Shown: one piece after another, positions 50,300 through 61,898 of the stretch
How positions within the stretch are numbered: the first letter of the stretch is position 1
How the letters are laid out: each line of letters begins with the position of its first letter
Assembly (NCBI RefSeq): GCF_056746865.1
Contig: NZ_CM163382.1
DNA: 64,000 nucleotides
Strand: one strand, 5' to 3'
The notes under the pieces: generated by a model
Seen by the model: the letters and a program-made list of their open reading frames with translations, nothing else
The model's database searches: none
Told to the model about the DNA's origin: nothing
Position numbers and translations under genes: made by a program

Positions 50300-51943
50300 T
50301 TATTCCGACACAACTGGCTTTTTTTCACACTTTTGCGGCTCGGGTCGAGGGTATTTCCATAGCCAACGTCCAGTAACCATTCGCCAGTAAAACAGCACGG
50401 CCCGCACAGCCCAGTCGGCAAACATTCCCATCCAGACACCAACCACACCCCAGCCAAGCATGATTCCCAGCACATAACCGACTACAACCCGACAACCCCA
50501 CATGCTCAACATCGAAACCCACATGGCGTAACGGGCATCACGAGCACCTTTAAATCCAGCGGGTAGCACCCATGAGGCGGACCAAATAGGCATAAATAAA
50601 GCATTTAGCCAAATCAGAATCACAACGACATGTTTAACCTGTGGATCCTGGGTGTAAAACGATGCCATAACCCCGGCAAAGGGAGCCGTTAGCCAGGCGA
50701 TGGCCGTTAATCCAAGAGTGGAAAGCCAGAACACATGCCGCAACTGAATCTCTGCTTGCGCTATCTGCCCTACCCCCAACCTTCGGCCTGTAATGATCGT
50801 AGAAGCAGAGCCGAGCGCACTTCCGGGTAAGTTGATAAGAGCCGCAATTGAAAACGCGATAAAATTTCCGGCAATAACACTGGTCCCCATCCCGGCAACG
50901 AACATTTGGGTTAATAACCGACCACTGGTAAATAACACTGATTCGACACTCGCGGGAATACCAATCCCCATGACTTCCCAGATAATGCTAAAATTCAGCG
51001 GTTTAAAATAGCTCTTTAACGAAATCCTTAGCGCAGGATTAAAACCAATCGCCAGCACCCACAAAATTGCAACTGCGCCAATATAACGAGAAATGGTTAA
51101 ACCCAGCCCTGCCCCGACAAATCCCAGTCCCGGCCAGGAGAAAAGGCCGTAAATCAATATGCCGCTAATAATAATATTAAGAATATTCAGGCTACCGTTA
51201 ATCAATAGCGGTATTTTCGTATTCCCTGCACCACGAAGTGCCCCGCTACCAATAAGAGTGATGGCAGCTGCTGGATAACTGAGTACCGTCAGCTCCAGAT
51301 AAGTCAACGCCAGTGCTTTAACTTCTGTCGTGGCATCACCCGCGACGAAATCAATAATTTGTTCGCCAAAATGATGAATAAGCGTTGCCAACAGTACGGC
51401 AAACAACGTCATGATCACCAATGACTGCCGCGTCGCCACCCTCGCTCGTCGTCGATCCCGCTTACCGAGACTAAATGCCACAACGACAGTAGTACCAAGA
51501 TCGATAGCAGCAAAAAAAGCCATAATGACCATATTGAAGCTGTCCGCCAATCCCACGCCGGCCATCGCATCTTTTCCCAGCCAGCTGACCAGAAAAGTGC
51601 TCAGAACCCCCATCAACAGGACACAGGCATTCTCCATGAAGATAGGAACAGCAAGCGGGGTTATCTCGCGCCAGAACAACACTTTGTAGCTCTTGCGTTT
51701 AGCGTGCCAGCGAGTGCCGTGAACAACCTGGCGTAAAGCAGAGGAGATATTCAAAGCCGACCTTAATTGCAGAAAGTGAAACCACATTTCAAATAATGAG
51801 GGAGAATCAGCAAAGCTGCAAAGATTTTCGCCAACAAATTGTCTGCAAATGCAACAAACTGTTGATAGAAACGGCAAACAGTTGGGGAATTTAAAAATCG
51901 GGTTTGACAAAAGATTTTTCGCCGTTAAGATGTGCCTCAACAA
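50300..51943 (-). CDS. yeeO: MATE-family efflux transporter YeeO
   Basis: 547-aa ORF, 12 TM helices over the C-terminal ~450 aa; true start uncertain. Confidence 0.85.
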   Translation of the reverse strand: MLRHILTAKNLLSNPIFKFPNCLPFLSTVCCICRQFVGENLCSFADSPSLFEMWFHFLQLRSALNISSALRQVVHGTRWHAKRKSYKVLFWREITPLAVPIFMENACVLLMGVLSTFLVSWLGKDAMAGVGLADSFNMVIMAFFAAIDLGTTVVVAFSLGKRDRRRARVATRQSLVIMTLFAVLLATLIHHFGEQIIDFVAGDATTEVKALALTYLELTVLSYPAAAITLIGSGALRGAGNTKIPLLINGSLNILNIIISGILIYGLFSWPGLGFVGAGLGLTISRYIGAVAILWVLAIGFNPALRISLKSYFKPLNFSIIWEVMGIGIPASVESVLFTSGRLLTQMFVAGMGTSVIAGNFIAFSIAALINLPGSALGSASTIITGRRLGVGQIAQAEIQLRHVFWLSTLGLTAIAWLTAPFAGVMASFYTQDPQVKHVVVILIWLNALFMPIWSASWVLPAGFKGARDARYAMWVSMLSMWGCRVVVGYVLGIMLGWGVVGVWMGMFADWAVRAVLFYWRMVTGRWLWKYPRPEPQKCEKKPVVSE

Positions 51944-51947
51944 CGAT

Positions 51948-52023
51948 TCCTCTGTAGTTCAGTCGGTAGAACGGCGGACTGTTAATCCGTATGTCACTGG
52001 TTCGAGTCCAGTCAGAGGAGCCA
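51948..52023 (+). tRNA. asnU: tRNA-Asn (asnU)
   Basis: Identical 76-nt tRNA-Asn sequence. Confidence 0.95.
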
Positions 52024-52060
52024 AATTCCTGAAAAGCCCGCTTTTATAGCGGGATTTTTG

Positions 52061-53011
52061 CTATATCTGATAATCAATTTCCTCTTCACTGCTTTCCATC
52101 ACCTGCCGCTTGATATCCTCAACTGACAGTCCTGCATTACAAAGTTCCAGAAAGCGCCAGACATAGTTACGCTGAAGTTGTCCTCGCTTCAGTCCCAACC
52201 AGACAGTATTAGCATCAAAAAGATGCCGCGTATCCAGGCGGATTAAATTCTCTTCCTCTTGTTCGCCACTGGATTGCTCGGCAACTAATCCGATCCCAAG
52301 CCCAAGAGCAACATAGGTTTTAATGACATCAGAATCCTGCGCACTTAATACAATATCTGCCAGCAAACCTTTGCGGGCAAATGCGTCATCAATACGTGAG
52401 CGCCCCGTAATCCCCTGTCGGTAAGTGATTAACGGCCACTTCGCTATTGATTCCAGCGTCAATGGTGAAATTTGCGTCAAGGGATGATCGTGTGGAACAA
52501 GCAAACTATGGTGCCAACGAAACCACGGGAAGGCGACGAGCTGCGGGTCATTACTCAAACGCTCGCTGGCGATACCAATATCAGCTTCGCCATTTTGCAA
52601 CAATGTCGCAATTTCCTGTGGCGTCCCCTGGATTAGCTCGAGCCGAACCTCCGGGAAAAGTTCGCGAAAAGCTTTAATGACCTCTGGCAAGCTATAACGT
52701 GCCTGAGTATGCGTCGTTGCAATAGTGAGAACGCCAGACGTATCGTTGGTAAACAGGTCTGCAAGCCGACGAACATTACTGGCTTCATTCAGAATACGTT
52801 CTGCAATGACCAGTAATGCTTTGCCCGGTTCAGTCATGCCCAGCAGTCGCTTACCTCGTCGAACAAATATTTCGATGCCAAGTTCATCCTCCAGTTCCCG
52901 AATATGACGGCTGACGCCTGACTGTGAGGTAAAAAGCATATTCGCAACCTCTGTCAGGTTGTAATCCTGACGTGCAGCCTCGCGGATTATCTTTAGTTGT
53001 TGGAAATTCAC
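52061..53011 (-). CDS. cbl: LysR-type regulator Cbl (sulfonate-sulfur utilisation)
   Basis: 316-aa LysR-family ORF. Confidence 0.92.
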   Translation of the reverse strand: MNFQQLKIIREAARQDYNLTEVANMLFTSQSGVSRHIRELEDELGIEIFVRRGKRLLGMTEPGKALLVIAERILNEASNVRRLADLFTNDTSGVLTIATTHTQARYSLPEVIKAFRELFPEVRLELIQGTPQEIATLLQNGEADIGIASERLSNDPQLVAFPWFRWHHSLLVPHDHPLTQISPLTLESIAKWPLITYRQGITGRSRIDDAFARKGLLADIVLSAQDSDVIKTYVALGLGIGLVAEQSSGEQEEENLIRLDTRHLFDANTVWLGLKRGQLQRNYVWRFLELCNAGLSVEDIKRQVMESSEEEIDYQI

Positions 53012-53112
53012 GGTAAACTCCGGGCAGTTCAGATTTCCCGTTATTGTTAAAGTCTAATGCCCGGCATAACAAATAATAAAAACCCGCATCTTATTCCATC
53101 CCGATATAACAC

Positions 53113-54030
53113 TTAGCTCACCAATTGCCACTGCCTTTTTTCCATCACTGGAGAACTAATCACTGACATTAACAACTCTTTCACTGCCTGTGCCTGTGGC
53201 GATAAGTTCGCTCTGGCGGGTAAATTTAATGACAAAGAGAGACTCATGGAAGGAGTGGTAATGCGTGACATCCACCCATTTACTGCGCCACATAACGAAC
53301 GCGCGGCCGATTCGGGTAATACTGCAACGCCCATGCCGCTGGCAATCGCTGCGGTAAGCGTGGCAATAGACTCAATTTCACCAATAACTTTTGCCGTGAG
53401 TCGCCGTAGGGAAAAAGCCTCATCAACACGAAGTCTAATAGCACTGTAATCACTGGGGAGAAAGAGGTTCATTTGCGCAATAGCATTCACATCAACGCTT
53501 TGCCCCGGGCAATCTTGAGTTCCTACCAGAAAAAGATCTTCTTTCAGCAAAGCCTGACTGGATACACCAGCCACAGGGGAATGCTCATAAATCACCGCCA
53601 TATCGAGTTGGTGATTTATCAATTTTTCGTTAAGCACTGCACCACTATTTTCATGAAGATAGATAACGATCTCCGGAAATTCAGCGCGAACCGCCTGTAA
53701 TAAGGGCATGGTGATGGATGACGCAGCGGTTCCTGGTGCAAAGCCAATCGAGACTTGCCCCGATAATGCCTGACCAACGTTATGCACCGCCAGTTGGGCC
53801 TGTTCACACTGACGTAAAATGGCCCGCGCATGGGTATAGAGAATTTTTCCGGCGTCTGTTGGTGTAACGCCCCGCTTTGTACGGATCAAAAGTTGTTGAT
53901 TTAACTCACCTTCCAGTGTGGCAACCTGCTGGCTGAGCGCTGGTTGTGCGATATGCAATACTTCAGCAGCCTGGGTCAGGCTACCAATATCTACAATTTT
54001 TACGAAGTATTTCAGGCGTCTGAAGTTCAT
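53113..54030 (-). CDS. nac: Nitrogen assimilation control protein Nac (LysR family)
   Basis: 305-aa product from MNFRRLKYFVKIVDIGSLTQAAE. Confidence 0.92.
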   Translation of the reverse strand: MNFRRLKYFVKIVDIGSLTQAAEVLHIAQPALSQQVATLEGELNQQLLIRTKRGVTPTDAGKILYTHARAILRQCEQAQLAVHNVGQALSGQVSIGFAPGTAASSITMPLLQAVRAEFPEIVIYLHENSGAVLNEKLINHQLDMAVIYEHSPVAGVSSQALLKEDLFLVGTQDCPGQSVDVNAIAQMNLFLPSDYSAIRLRVDEAFSLRRLTAKVIGEIESIATLTAAIASGMGVAVLPESAARSLCGAVNGWMSRITTPSMSLSLSLNLPARANLSPQAQAVKELLMSVISSPVMEKRQWQLVS

Positions 54031-54356
54031 GTTGCCTCCGGTTTTTAAGAATCGGCCCAAGTGCCGCCATTACTTACAACCAGATTGCAAGATGCTTGCC
54101 AGTTTTATTTTGGTGTTGATGTACAAGCTAACCAACTGTCAAATAAGAGATTATGATAGATTCGTCATTGGCTCTTTTTATCTGCAGTCGCATTCACCTG
54201 CCCTATAAAAGGAGGGTATGCACCACGATGGTTCATTACCCAATAAGATTGAAAGCTCACCACTTTGTTGAAATTGGCAGCAAACAAACAAAAAAATGCA
54301 TTTCACCCTTTGACATCACCATGCACTGCCATTAATATGCGCCCCGTTCACACGAT

Positions 54357-54432
54357 TCCTCTGTAGTTCAGTCGGTAGAACGGCGGACTGTTAATCCGTA
54401 TGTCACTGGTTCGAGTCCAGTCAGAGGAGCCA
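54357..54432 (+). tRNA. asnV: tRNA-Asn (asnV)
   Basis: Identical 76-nt tRNA-Asn; upstream 27 nt identical to the asnT upstream sequence. Confidence 0.95.
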
Positions 54433-54487
54433 AATTCAAAAAAGCCTGCTTTCGAGCAGGCTTTTTACTTTCTAATTATCAACGCTC

Positions 54488-55420
54488 TTAAAACATCTGT
54501 CTTGAACCAGAACTAATTTGCACAGGCATTCCCGATCGACGTTGCAACGCAGCATTTGCGCGATTTACATCAACTTCTTGCCCGTTGATAAACGCCCGCA
54601 AAGATGGGGTTACCGGCAATGGCACTTTTCGGTCAGACTCATATTCTGCACGATTGCGCGACAGCGGCTCATGAACTTCCAGCCACTTTGAACCATCCGG
54701 TTCCGTTGTGTATTTCACTGGCTGATCAATAATTTGTACACGAGTGCCTACAGGAACATTATCAAACAGATATTTGATATCGTCATTACGCAGACGAATA
54801 CAGCCCTGACTTACACGGAGCCCAATACCAAAATTGGCATTGGTACCGTGGATGGCATACAACCTGCCAATATAAATCGCGTACAGCCCCATGGGGTTAT
54901 CGGGCCCCGCAGGAACAAATGCGGGCAAACTCTCCCCTCGTTTCGCATATTCGCGCCGGGTGTTCGGCGTTGGCGTCCAGGTTGGTGCTTCTTGTTTACG
55001 TTCAACGGTAGTCACCCAGTTACGCGGGGTTTCTCGCCCAGCCTGGCCGATACCAATAGGAAAGACTTCCACTGTATTACTGTCTGGCGGATAGTAATAA
55101 AGACGCATTTCAGCGACGTTAACCACAATCCCTTTACGAACAGTGGCGGGCAAAATCAGTTGCTGCGGAATGGTGAGTTGTGAGCCAGGCTTCGGCAAAA
55201 AAACATCAGCGCCCGGATTCGCTTCCAGCATATTACTTAACCCTTGCCCGTATTGTGCGGCAAAAGTCTCCAGCGGCTGAGTATTGTGATCAGGAACAGT
55301 TACAGTAAGCGACTGCCCCACTAAACGGCTACCCTCTGGAGGTAATGGATAAGTTACCGCCAGGCTATTTTGGCTGGCAAAAAGCAGAGCAAATGAGCAA
55401 AAAATATTTACACGACGCAT
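54488..55420 (-). CDS. ldtA: L,D-transpeptidase LdtA (ErfK)
   Basis: 310-aa ORF with signal peptide and YkuD-type catalytic region. Confidence 0.9.
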   Translation of the reverse strand: MRRVNIFCSFALLFASQNSLAVTYPLPPEGSRLVGQSLTVTVPDHNTQPLETFAAQYGQGLSNMLEANPGADVFLPKPGSQLTIPQQLILPATVRKGIVVNVAEMRLYYYPPDSNTVEVFPIGIGQAGRETPRNWVTTVERKQEAPTWTPTPNTRREYAKRGESLPAFVPAGPDNPMGLYAIYIGRLYAIHGTNANFGIGLRVSQGCIRLRNDDIKYLFDNVPVGTRVQIIDQPVKYTTEPDGSKWLEVHEPLSRNRAEYESDRKVPLPVTPSLRAFINGQEVDVNRANAALQRRSGMPVQISSGSRQMF

Positions 55421-55484
55421 CATGTCCCTTTCCTAAGTCGCGAAAGCTATCCGTTAAGTATAGCTTTTATCAGACTTTTCGTTT

Positions 55485-56564
55485 TTAACTGTTCAAATCA
55501 GAAGTCGTATTCCCCGGTAGAACAATATTACTGGCAGCAAGTTCGCCCATGTTGTTATATATCGCACAGGCAGCTTCGATGATGGGCATCGCCAGAGCTG
55601 CGCCACTCCCCTCACCTAAACGCATCTCCATATTGAGATAAGGCTCCAGCCCCAAATGCGACAGCGCAATACGCGCCCCTTTTTCTGCCGACAGGTGAGA
55701 AGGAATGAGATACGGTTTGATTGCAGGAGACATCTGGCAGGCTGCGAGCGCGGCAGCATAAGAAAGAAATCCATCCAGCAACACGGGTAAACCGCAGGAA
55801 GCAGCGCCTAACATCACGCCAGCCATTCCGACCAAATCAAATCCACCCACTTTTGCCAGGACATCAACGCCATCCTGCGGATTTGGTTGATTCAACGTAA
55901 TCGCCCGGCGCACAACATCAATTTTATTAGCCAGTTTATCTGTCGGCAGGTTTGCGCCAATCCCAACCACTTCTTCAGGATCCCGGCCAGTGATTGTGCT
56001 GACTATTGCCGCTGCCGGTGTCGTGTTTGCCATCCCCAGTTCACCTACACCAAACAGCGTGACACCGTTTTTTGCCAGCTCCCGCGTATAACATATGACG
56101 TCCAAAAGCAACTTTTCAGCCTGACGGCGACTCATTGCCGGAGCTGAAGCAATATTGCCGCTACCTCGTGCGACACGCATGTTGATAAGCCCGGGGATAG
56201 GCTCAGCACTATCAATACCAACATCAACTACGTGGACGTTAGCGCCCGCTTGTGCTGCCAGCACACACACGCCGGTTGTTCCGCGGGTCATATTTTCAGC
56301 CTGAATGGCTGTCACTTCTTTTGGGGAAATAGCGACCCCTTCCTCCCAGACGCCGTGATCGGCACACATAACCAGTACCGCTTTTTTGCCCACATGCGGT
56401 ATGCCATTCAACCCCGGCATTCCCGCCAGTTGTATGGCAAGCGCCTCCAGCCTTCCCAGGCTACCAACAGGTTTGAGTAACCCGTCAATATGCCGTTGTG
56501 CACGCGACATAGCGGCAGGATCGATAGCAGGGATCGTATTCAGTAAATCGGCAAGTGTTTGCAT
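55485..56564 (-). CDS. cobT: Nicotinate-nucleotide:dimethylbenzimidazole phosphoribosyltransferase CobT
   Basis: 359-aa ORF. Confidence 0.93.
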   Translation of the reverse strand: MQTLADLLNTIPAIDPAAMSRAQRHIDGLLKPVGSLGRLEALAIQLAGMPGLNGIPHVGKKAVLVMCADHGVWEEGVAISPKEVTAIQAENMTRGTTGVCVLAAQAGANVHVVDVGIDSAEPIPGLINMRVARGSGNIASAPAMSRRQAEKLLLDVICYTRELAKNGVTLFGVGELGMANTTPAAAIVSTITGRDPEEVVGIGANLPTDKLANKIDVVRRAITLNQPNPQDGVDVLAKVGGFDLVGMAGVMLGAASCGLPVLLDGFLSYAAALAACQMSPAIKPYLIPSHLSAEKGARIALSHLGLEPYLNMEMRLGEGSGAALAMPIIEAACAIYNNMGELAASNIVLPGNTTSDLNS

Positions 56565-56575
56565 GTCACGTCTCT

Positions 56576-57319
56576 TTATAGCAGTGCCAGCAGGAAGACC
56601 AGTTCACCAAGCTCTATAGCAGCTCCCAGCGTATCGCCGGTTTGCCCGCCCAGCGTACGTTTGAGAAGCTGACCGAGGATGAAAATCGCCACCATCGTCA
56701 CCACCATAGCAGCCACACCATGCATACCCGGCAATAATACGGCAGCAAAAATAGCGGCTAAGCCGAGTGTGACGCAGGTTTGTCGCCCATCAATTTTGCC
56801 AATGAACACATTGCCAAGCCCTTCTTCCCGCGCATAACGATGACGATACATCAATAATGCGGCAGTCCCGCGGCTGACCGCACATGCTGCCGCCAGCGAT
56901 GCAAGGATCGGTTCGCCACGCAGAGCCAACTCGCTTAATACCAGAATCTTTGCCAGTACAACAAAAATCAATGCCAGACCGCCATGGGTGCCTAAACGGC
57001 TATCACGCATGATTTCCAACATGCGATCGCGGCTACGTGCAGAAAATACGCCATCACAGGTATCGGCGAGGCCGTCCAGGTGGAATCCCCCGGTCATCAG
57101 CGCCAGCACAAGTACGCTAAACAGTGCCGCCAGTGGTACGCCACACCATGCCTGCAGCACCATGAAGACCAGCCCGCTAATCGCGCCAAGCAATAATCCA
57201 ATTAAAGGAAAAGTAATAATACCGCGAGAATAATGCTCGAAATCCAGTCCCTGGGACCAGCGACGCGGTACAGGCAGACGCGTAATAAATGAGAGCATCG
57301 CCCAAAATAATTTACTCAT
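56576..57319 (-). CDS. cobS: Cobalamin (5'-phosphate) synthase CobS
   Basis: 247-aa membrane product from [11 protein letters not shown]; ATGA overlap with cobU. Confidence 0.92.
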
Positions 57320-57861
57320 TTGATTTTTACTCCAATACCCGAAACCACCAGCCATACTTCATTTGCCGCAGCGGCCAACTGCTGATTTACCCGCCCGGCA
57401 ATATCACGAAAATGTCGTGCCAGACGACTCTCCGGCACAATCCCCATTCCCACTTCGTTAGTCACTAATACAACCTTTGCGGGGCAACGTTGGCAGGCAG
57501 CAATCAACGACTGAATCTCAGCATTAATCGCCTGTTCCATCGCCTGATAATCCCATTCATCAGGGTCTTTATCGCCGCCATAATCAAACAACAGATTAGT
57601 CACCATTGTGGTAACGCATTCCAGCAACACAACCTCATTCGGGTTAATGTCTGCATGAATTAATTCATCAAGATGTTGCCAGCGCTCCACTGTGCGCCAG
57701 TGCTCCGGGCGGCCTTGCCGATGATGTTCTATCCGTGCAGCCATCTCATCATCAAGGATTTGCGAGGTAGCGATATACAGAACCTGTGAAGAGTCCCCAA
57801 TAAGCGCCTCTGCGTGGCGACTCTTCCCGCTCCGTGCGCCCCCCGTCACCAAAATCATCAT
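57316..57861 (-). CDS. cobU: Adenosylcobinamide kinase / adenosylcobinamide-phosphate guanylyltransferase CobU
   Basis: 181-aa ORF with P-loop GGARSGKS. Confidence 0.93.
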
Positions 57862-59131
57862 ACCGACTCCTGATTCAAATGTATGATGGTATTCATTGAA
57901 CAGAACAATGGATCCCCCACCGTTGCTGACCGCAAAACATTTACGCGATTAATACTGCGCGTAATATAATTAAAAATCCAGCATTCTCAATCCATTACGA
58001 AATAAGATGGCATTACGGAATAGCCAGACTTTCTCGTGTTAACGTCCGACAAAATGTGTCATTGACAGCGGTTTCTGTGGATTGACACATTTCATTCAGA
58101 TAATGAATTAATGCTACTGCCGGACCAACCAGCAAACGGGCATTGTGTTCTGAAATCCAGGCTATTGATTCAACGTCAGCGACAGTTCTGCGCTGTAAAA
58201 GAACTTGTAAAACAACGCAATAGAATTATCCGGAATGGTGGCGACTATGCACTAGAACACCACAATTTCGCTCTCTCGGTAAGGCACTGTCACAGCATTC
58301 AACAGAATGTGACTTGCCAGATTTATTAGCGCCACCAGATGTTTAACCGGGTAACCACGACCCAGTCGGGGATATATTCCATCTTCTCGCTGACATCATC
58401 AAGAATAAAAAGGTTTATCACACTCAGAGCAACGTTCTTCAGCAGGCGGGATAATTCTTCAACATTTAAAAGATGTGTTATTAAAGGCATACAAACTGGA
58501 CGTATTGTATTTTCTTTTGGTGGTTGACCTAAGGTAGCAGTTTATCCTGATGCGCTGAGATTTCTGTAATATCTACGTCAACATTCTCCTCGAATAGAAA
58601 ATGCAGCCCCGGCAAGTGATTCACATTTTTTAACAAAACGTTGTTAGCGTGCCATTTTCAGAAGCTCTCCAAGAAAGCGAATTCTTTTCTCAAATTCTGC
58701 ATTCTCAGACACAGCTTTCTACTCCATGGCAATGGCCCAAATACGAAGTTGCTCAGGATCATTAGTGGTGCTGAGAAGTTAAATAACCATGCGGAGTACC
58801 ACTCGTCATCACGTATTTATATATCATGAAGCTATTGTTGTGTTTTGTACATCAGTAGATGTATTCTGATATACTCCTTTTGCTAGACATAACCTTTCAC
58901 CTGCTTGCAAAGCTTCTGTGTTCTGACATTGCCAAATTGTTGCAATTCTGTATCCAGCCTTCTTTCAGTCATAGCTTCGGGCCGCGATAAGACTCACTGA
59001 TCTGACCCTGATTCCTCTTGCAGACTTTATAGACCAATTAAAATGCAGTTTCTGCAGGTCAACGTCTGACCATCATTGTCATCACTCTGGCCATTAGAGT
59101 AACCTTCTGCATTCATCCTTTTGTAAAAAGT

Positions 59132-59803
59132 TTATAGACTGGCCCCCTGAATCTCCAGACAACCAATATCACTTAAATAAGTGATAGTCCTGATACAAGT
59201 TTTTAGAGTAGTCATTAGTGAACAGATAATTGTTAACTTAGAACCAGTAAAATGCAAACGACGCACCACGCTGGGAAAATCGCTGCTATTCAGCAGAGTT
59301 TTGTACCGAGAATTGTGGCCAGCCACTTATTGCTCTCGCGTAAGCAGGTATCCCCATCGTTTACCAGTCCAGCACATCTTGTGGTCAGGCAGAAGAAGAG
59401 CAAACTGTTACTGGACTCACTGCATGCATGGTGGAGAAAAATGCCACGCTATCCAAAAATCCAGACTGGGAGAATGGTTCAGCTGTGTACTGAATCAGTG
59501 GGGCGCACTCTGTTATTACAGTGTTGACGGTCAGGCGGAGGCAGACATAATGCCGCGGAAAAAGCCCTTTGTGCCATCTGTCTCGGAAATAAAAACTTTA
59601 TGTTCTTCGGCGGCGAGCGCAGTGCACTGTTGTATGGGCTTATCGGCACTTGCCTTCTGAACGACATTGATCCGGAAGCGTATCTGCGCCATATCCTGAG
59701 CGTACTGCCGGAATAACCTTCCAACCGTATTGATGAACTCCTGCCATGGAACGTAGTTCTCACCAATAAATAAGCATCAATATGATTCTCCATTAACGCT
59801 TAC
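59132..59803 (+). mobile_element. Composite IS debris: IS2-like left end with decayed orfA, fused to the 3' end of an IS66-family transposase gene and its GTAAGCG-type terminus
   Basis: 59132..59186 identical to the IS2 left terminus, then a diverged, frameshifted InsC-like stretch; 59550..59775 encodes ...FFGGERSALLYGLIGTCLLNDIDPEAYLRHILSVLPE and, after a frameshift, NRIDELLPWNV; terminus ...CATTAACGCTTAC ends 59803. Confidence 0.7.
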
Positions 59804-59911
59804 CTTTTCTCAGGCTATTTTTGCTTTTTTTTGCTTTTCCCCGCCACTTTATGGTGATTATCACATCAATATACATCGATAGATATTAACGTAACTGAAG
59901 TGAGGTGAAGC

Positions 59912-61126
59912 ATGAAATTTGAACGCCATCATGAAATATTGAAACGACTCAGTAAATTCGGTTCTGTAAAAGTATCCGATCTGTCCAATAGCCTCAATGT
60001 AACGAAAGAAACTATTAGTTCAGATCTTAATGAACTTGCCAGGCTTGGCTATCTGACTCGATGTCATGGCGGTGCTTTTATCGTCCTAGACTCGCTTGAT
60101 ACTATTGCGAAAAATGAAATCGCTTATGCGCTTGAAAATTATGATACAGCCCAGGGAATAAAAAAAGGCCACTCAACTATGAAAAGTCAAGTATGCGTTA
60201 TTGGTTCGTTTAATGTTGATATCATCAGTTATTTGCCGAGGCTTCCCACTATCGGAGAATCGCTTCTGGCAAGTAATTTTATATTTTCACCGGGGGGAAA
60301 AGGCTGTAACCAGGCGCTGGCAGCAAGCTTTGCCGATACTGATGTTTATTTCATAACAAAAGTAGGTACAGATCACTTTAGTGATTATGCGATCAACTTT
60401 ATGAATTCGTCTAAGATTTATAAAAGTATAATTTATCAAACGAAAGAAACGCAAACCGGAACTGCCACGATCCTTGTTAATGAAGGTACTGGCGATAATG
60501 TTATTGCGATCTATCCCGGTGCCAACATGACAATGTCGTCCGATGAAATAACTATTCAGAAAGAAGCGATTATTAATTCTGATGTCATACTTCTGCAGCT
60601 CGAAACAAATTATACCGCTCTGCAACAAGCGATCACATTGGCGCAAAAAAACAGTATCCCGGTCATTATTAACCCGGCACCCTATAATGATATCGTCAAC
60701 GAACTTATTCAGGATGTTGATTATATCACCCCCAATGAAACAGAAGCTGGTTTACTGTCCGGCATAGACGTACACGATCTTGAATCAGCTAAACGAGCTG
60801 CAGAAGCTATCCACAATAAAGGGGTAAAAAACACGGTTATCACGCTCGGTAGCAAGGGCTCGCTCGCATTTGATGGCAAAAAATTCATTCATTCGCCAGC
60901 GTTTCCAGCGGTCGTTAAAAATACGGCAGGAGCCGGGGATGCGTTTAACGGCTCTCTGGCATCAGGACTTGCGAAAGGAAAATCACTGGAATCAGCACTG
61001 TGTTATGCCAGCGCCTTTGCATCCCTAGCGGTGGAGACAAGCAATGCTTCCGACATGCCTGAACATGAATCTGTGATACATCGAATTCAGAGTATACATT
61101 ATCAGCAAACTATTTTTACGCATTAA
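59912..61126 (+). CDS. Fusion protein: N-terminal DeoR-type HTH regulator domain plus C-terminal PfkB/ribokinase-family carbohydrate kinase
   Basis: 404-aa ORF; HTH region VKVSDLSNSLNVTKETISSDLNEL; kinase motifs GGKGCNQA and TAGAGDAFNG; RBS GAGGTGAAG before ATG. Confidence 0.75.
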   Translation: MKFERHHEILKRLSKFGSVKVSDLSNSLNVTKETISSDLNELARLGYLTRCHGGAFIVLDSLDTIAKNEIAYALENYDTAQGIKKGHSTMKSQVCVIGSFNVDIISYLPRLPTIGESLLASNFIFSPGGKGCNQALAASFADTDVYFITKVGTDHFSDYAINFMNSSKIYKSIIYQTKETQTGTATILVNEGTGDNVIAIYPGANMTMSSDEITIQKEAIINSDVILLQLETNYTALQQAITLAQKNSIPVIINPAPYNDIVNELIQDVDYITPNETEAGLLSGIDVHDLESAKRAAEAIHNKGVKNTVITLGSKGSLAFDGKKFIHSPAFPAVVKNTAGAGDAFNGSLASGLAKGKSLESALCYASAFASLAVETSNASDMPEHESVIHRIQSIHYQQTIFTH

Positions 61127-61139
61127 GAAGGGACAGAGA

Positions 61140-61898
61140 ATGAATAACACCAAAAAATCACTAAAAGTGCTCTTTATTGGGGAATCCTGGCATATTCATA
61201 TGATTCATTCAAAAGGATATGACAGTTTTACCTCAAGTAAATATGAAGAAGGTGCGACCTGGTTACTCCAGTGTCTGAAAAATAGTCAGGTAGATGTCAC
61301 CTATATGCCAGCACATACGGTACAAATTGCCTTCCCTGAAGATGTGGCACAGTTAGAACAATATGATGCCATCGTTATTAGTGATATTGGTAGTAATACT
61401 TTCCTGCTACAAAATGATACTTTTTATCAGCTTCGCATAAAACCAAACGCTCTCGAACTGATTAAAGAATATGTGAATAACGGTGGTGGGTTATTGATGA
61501 TTGGCGGCTATCTCTCATTCATGGGAATTGAAGCAAAAGCCAATTATAAAAATACAGTTCTGGCTGATGTGCTCCCGGTTACGATGTTAGATGGTGACGA
61601 TCGTGTCGAAAAACCAGAGGGTGTTATTGCACAGCCATCACAACCTGAACATCCAGTTATTAAAGGGTTCTCTGAATATCCTTTTTTCCTAGGTTATAAC
61701 CGGGCGATCGCTAAAGAAAATGCTGAGGTGGTATTAACAATAAACAACGCTCCATTACTGGTCTTTGGTAACTATCACAACGGGAAAATAGCCTGCTTTA
61801 TGAGTGACTGTTCACCGCACTGGGGTACACAGCAGTTTATGTCCTGGCCGTTCTATACCGCGTTGTGGGTAAATATACTGACTCATATTGCAAGATAA
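61140..61898 (+). CDS. Hypothetical cytoplasmic protein, possibly class-I glutamine-amidotransferase-like (ThuA-like) fold
   Basis: 252-aa ORF, 14 nt after the preceding gene; fold assignment is a tentative impression. Confidence 0.5.
   Translation: MNNTKKSLKVLFIGESWHIHMIHSKGYDSFTSSKYEEGATWLLQCLKNSQVDVTYMPAHTVQIAFPEDVAQLEQYDAIVISDIGSNTFLLQNDTFYQLRIKPNALELIKEYVNNGGGLLMIGGYLSFMGIEAKANYKNTVLADVLPVTMLDGDDRVEKPEGVIAQPSQPEHPVIKGFSEYPFFLGYNRAIAKENAEVVLTINNAPLLVFGNYHNGKIACFMSDCSPHWGTQQFMSWPFYTALWVNILTHIAR

Noticed and set aside
58111-58829. Three short plus-strand ORFs (72, 62, 62 aa) downstream of cobU as possible toxin-antitoxin or small-protein genes
   Set aside because: No ribosome-binding sites, no paired arrangement, no recognisable motifs; more consistent with decayed sequence.
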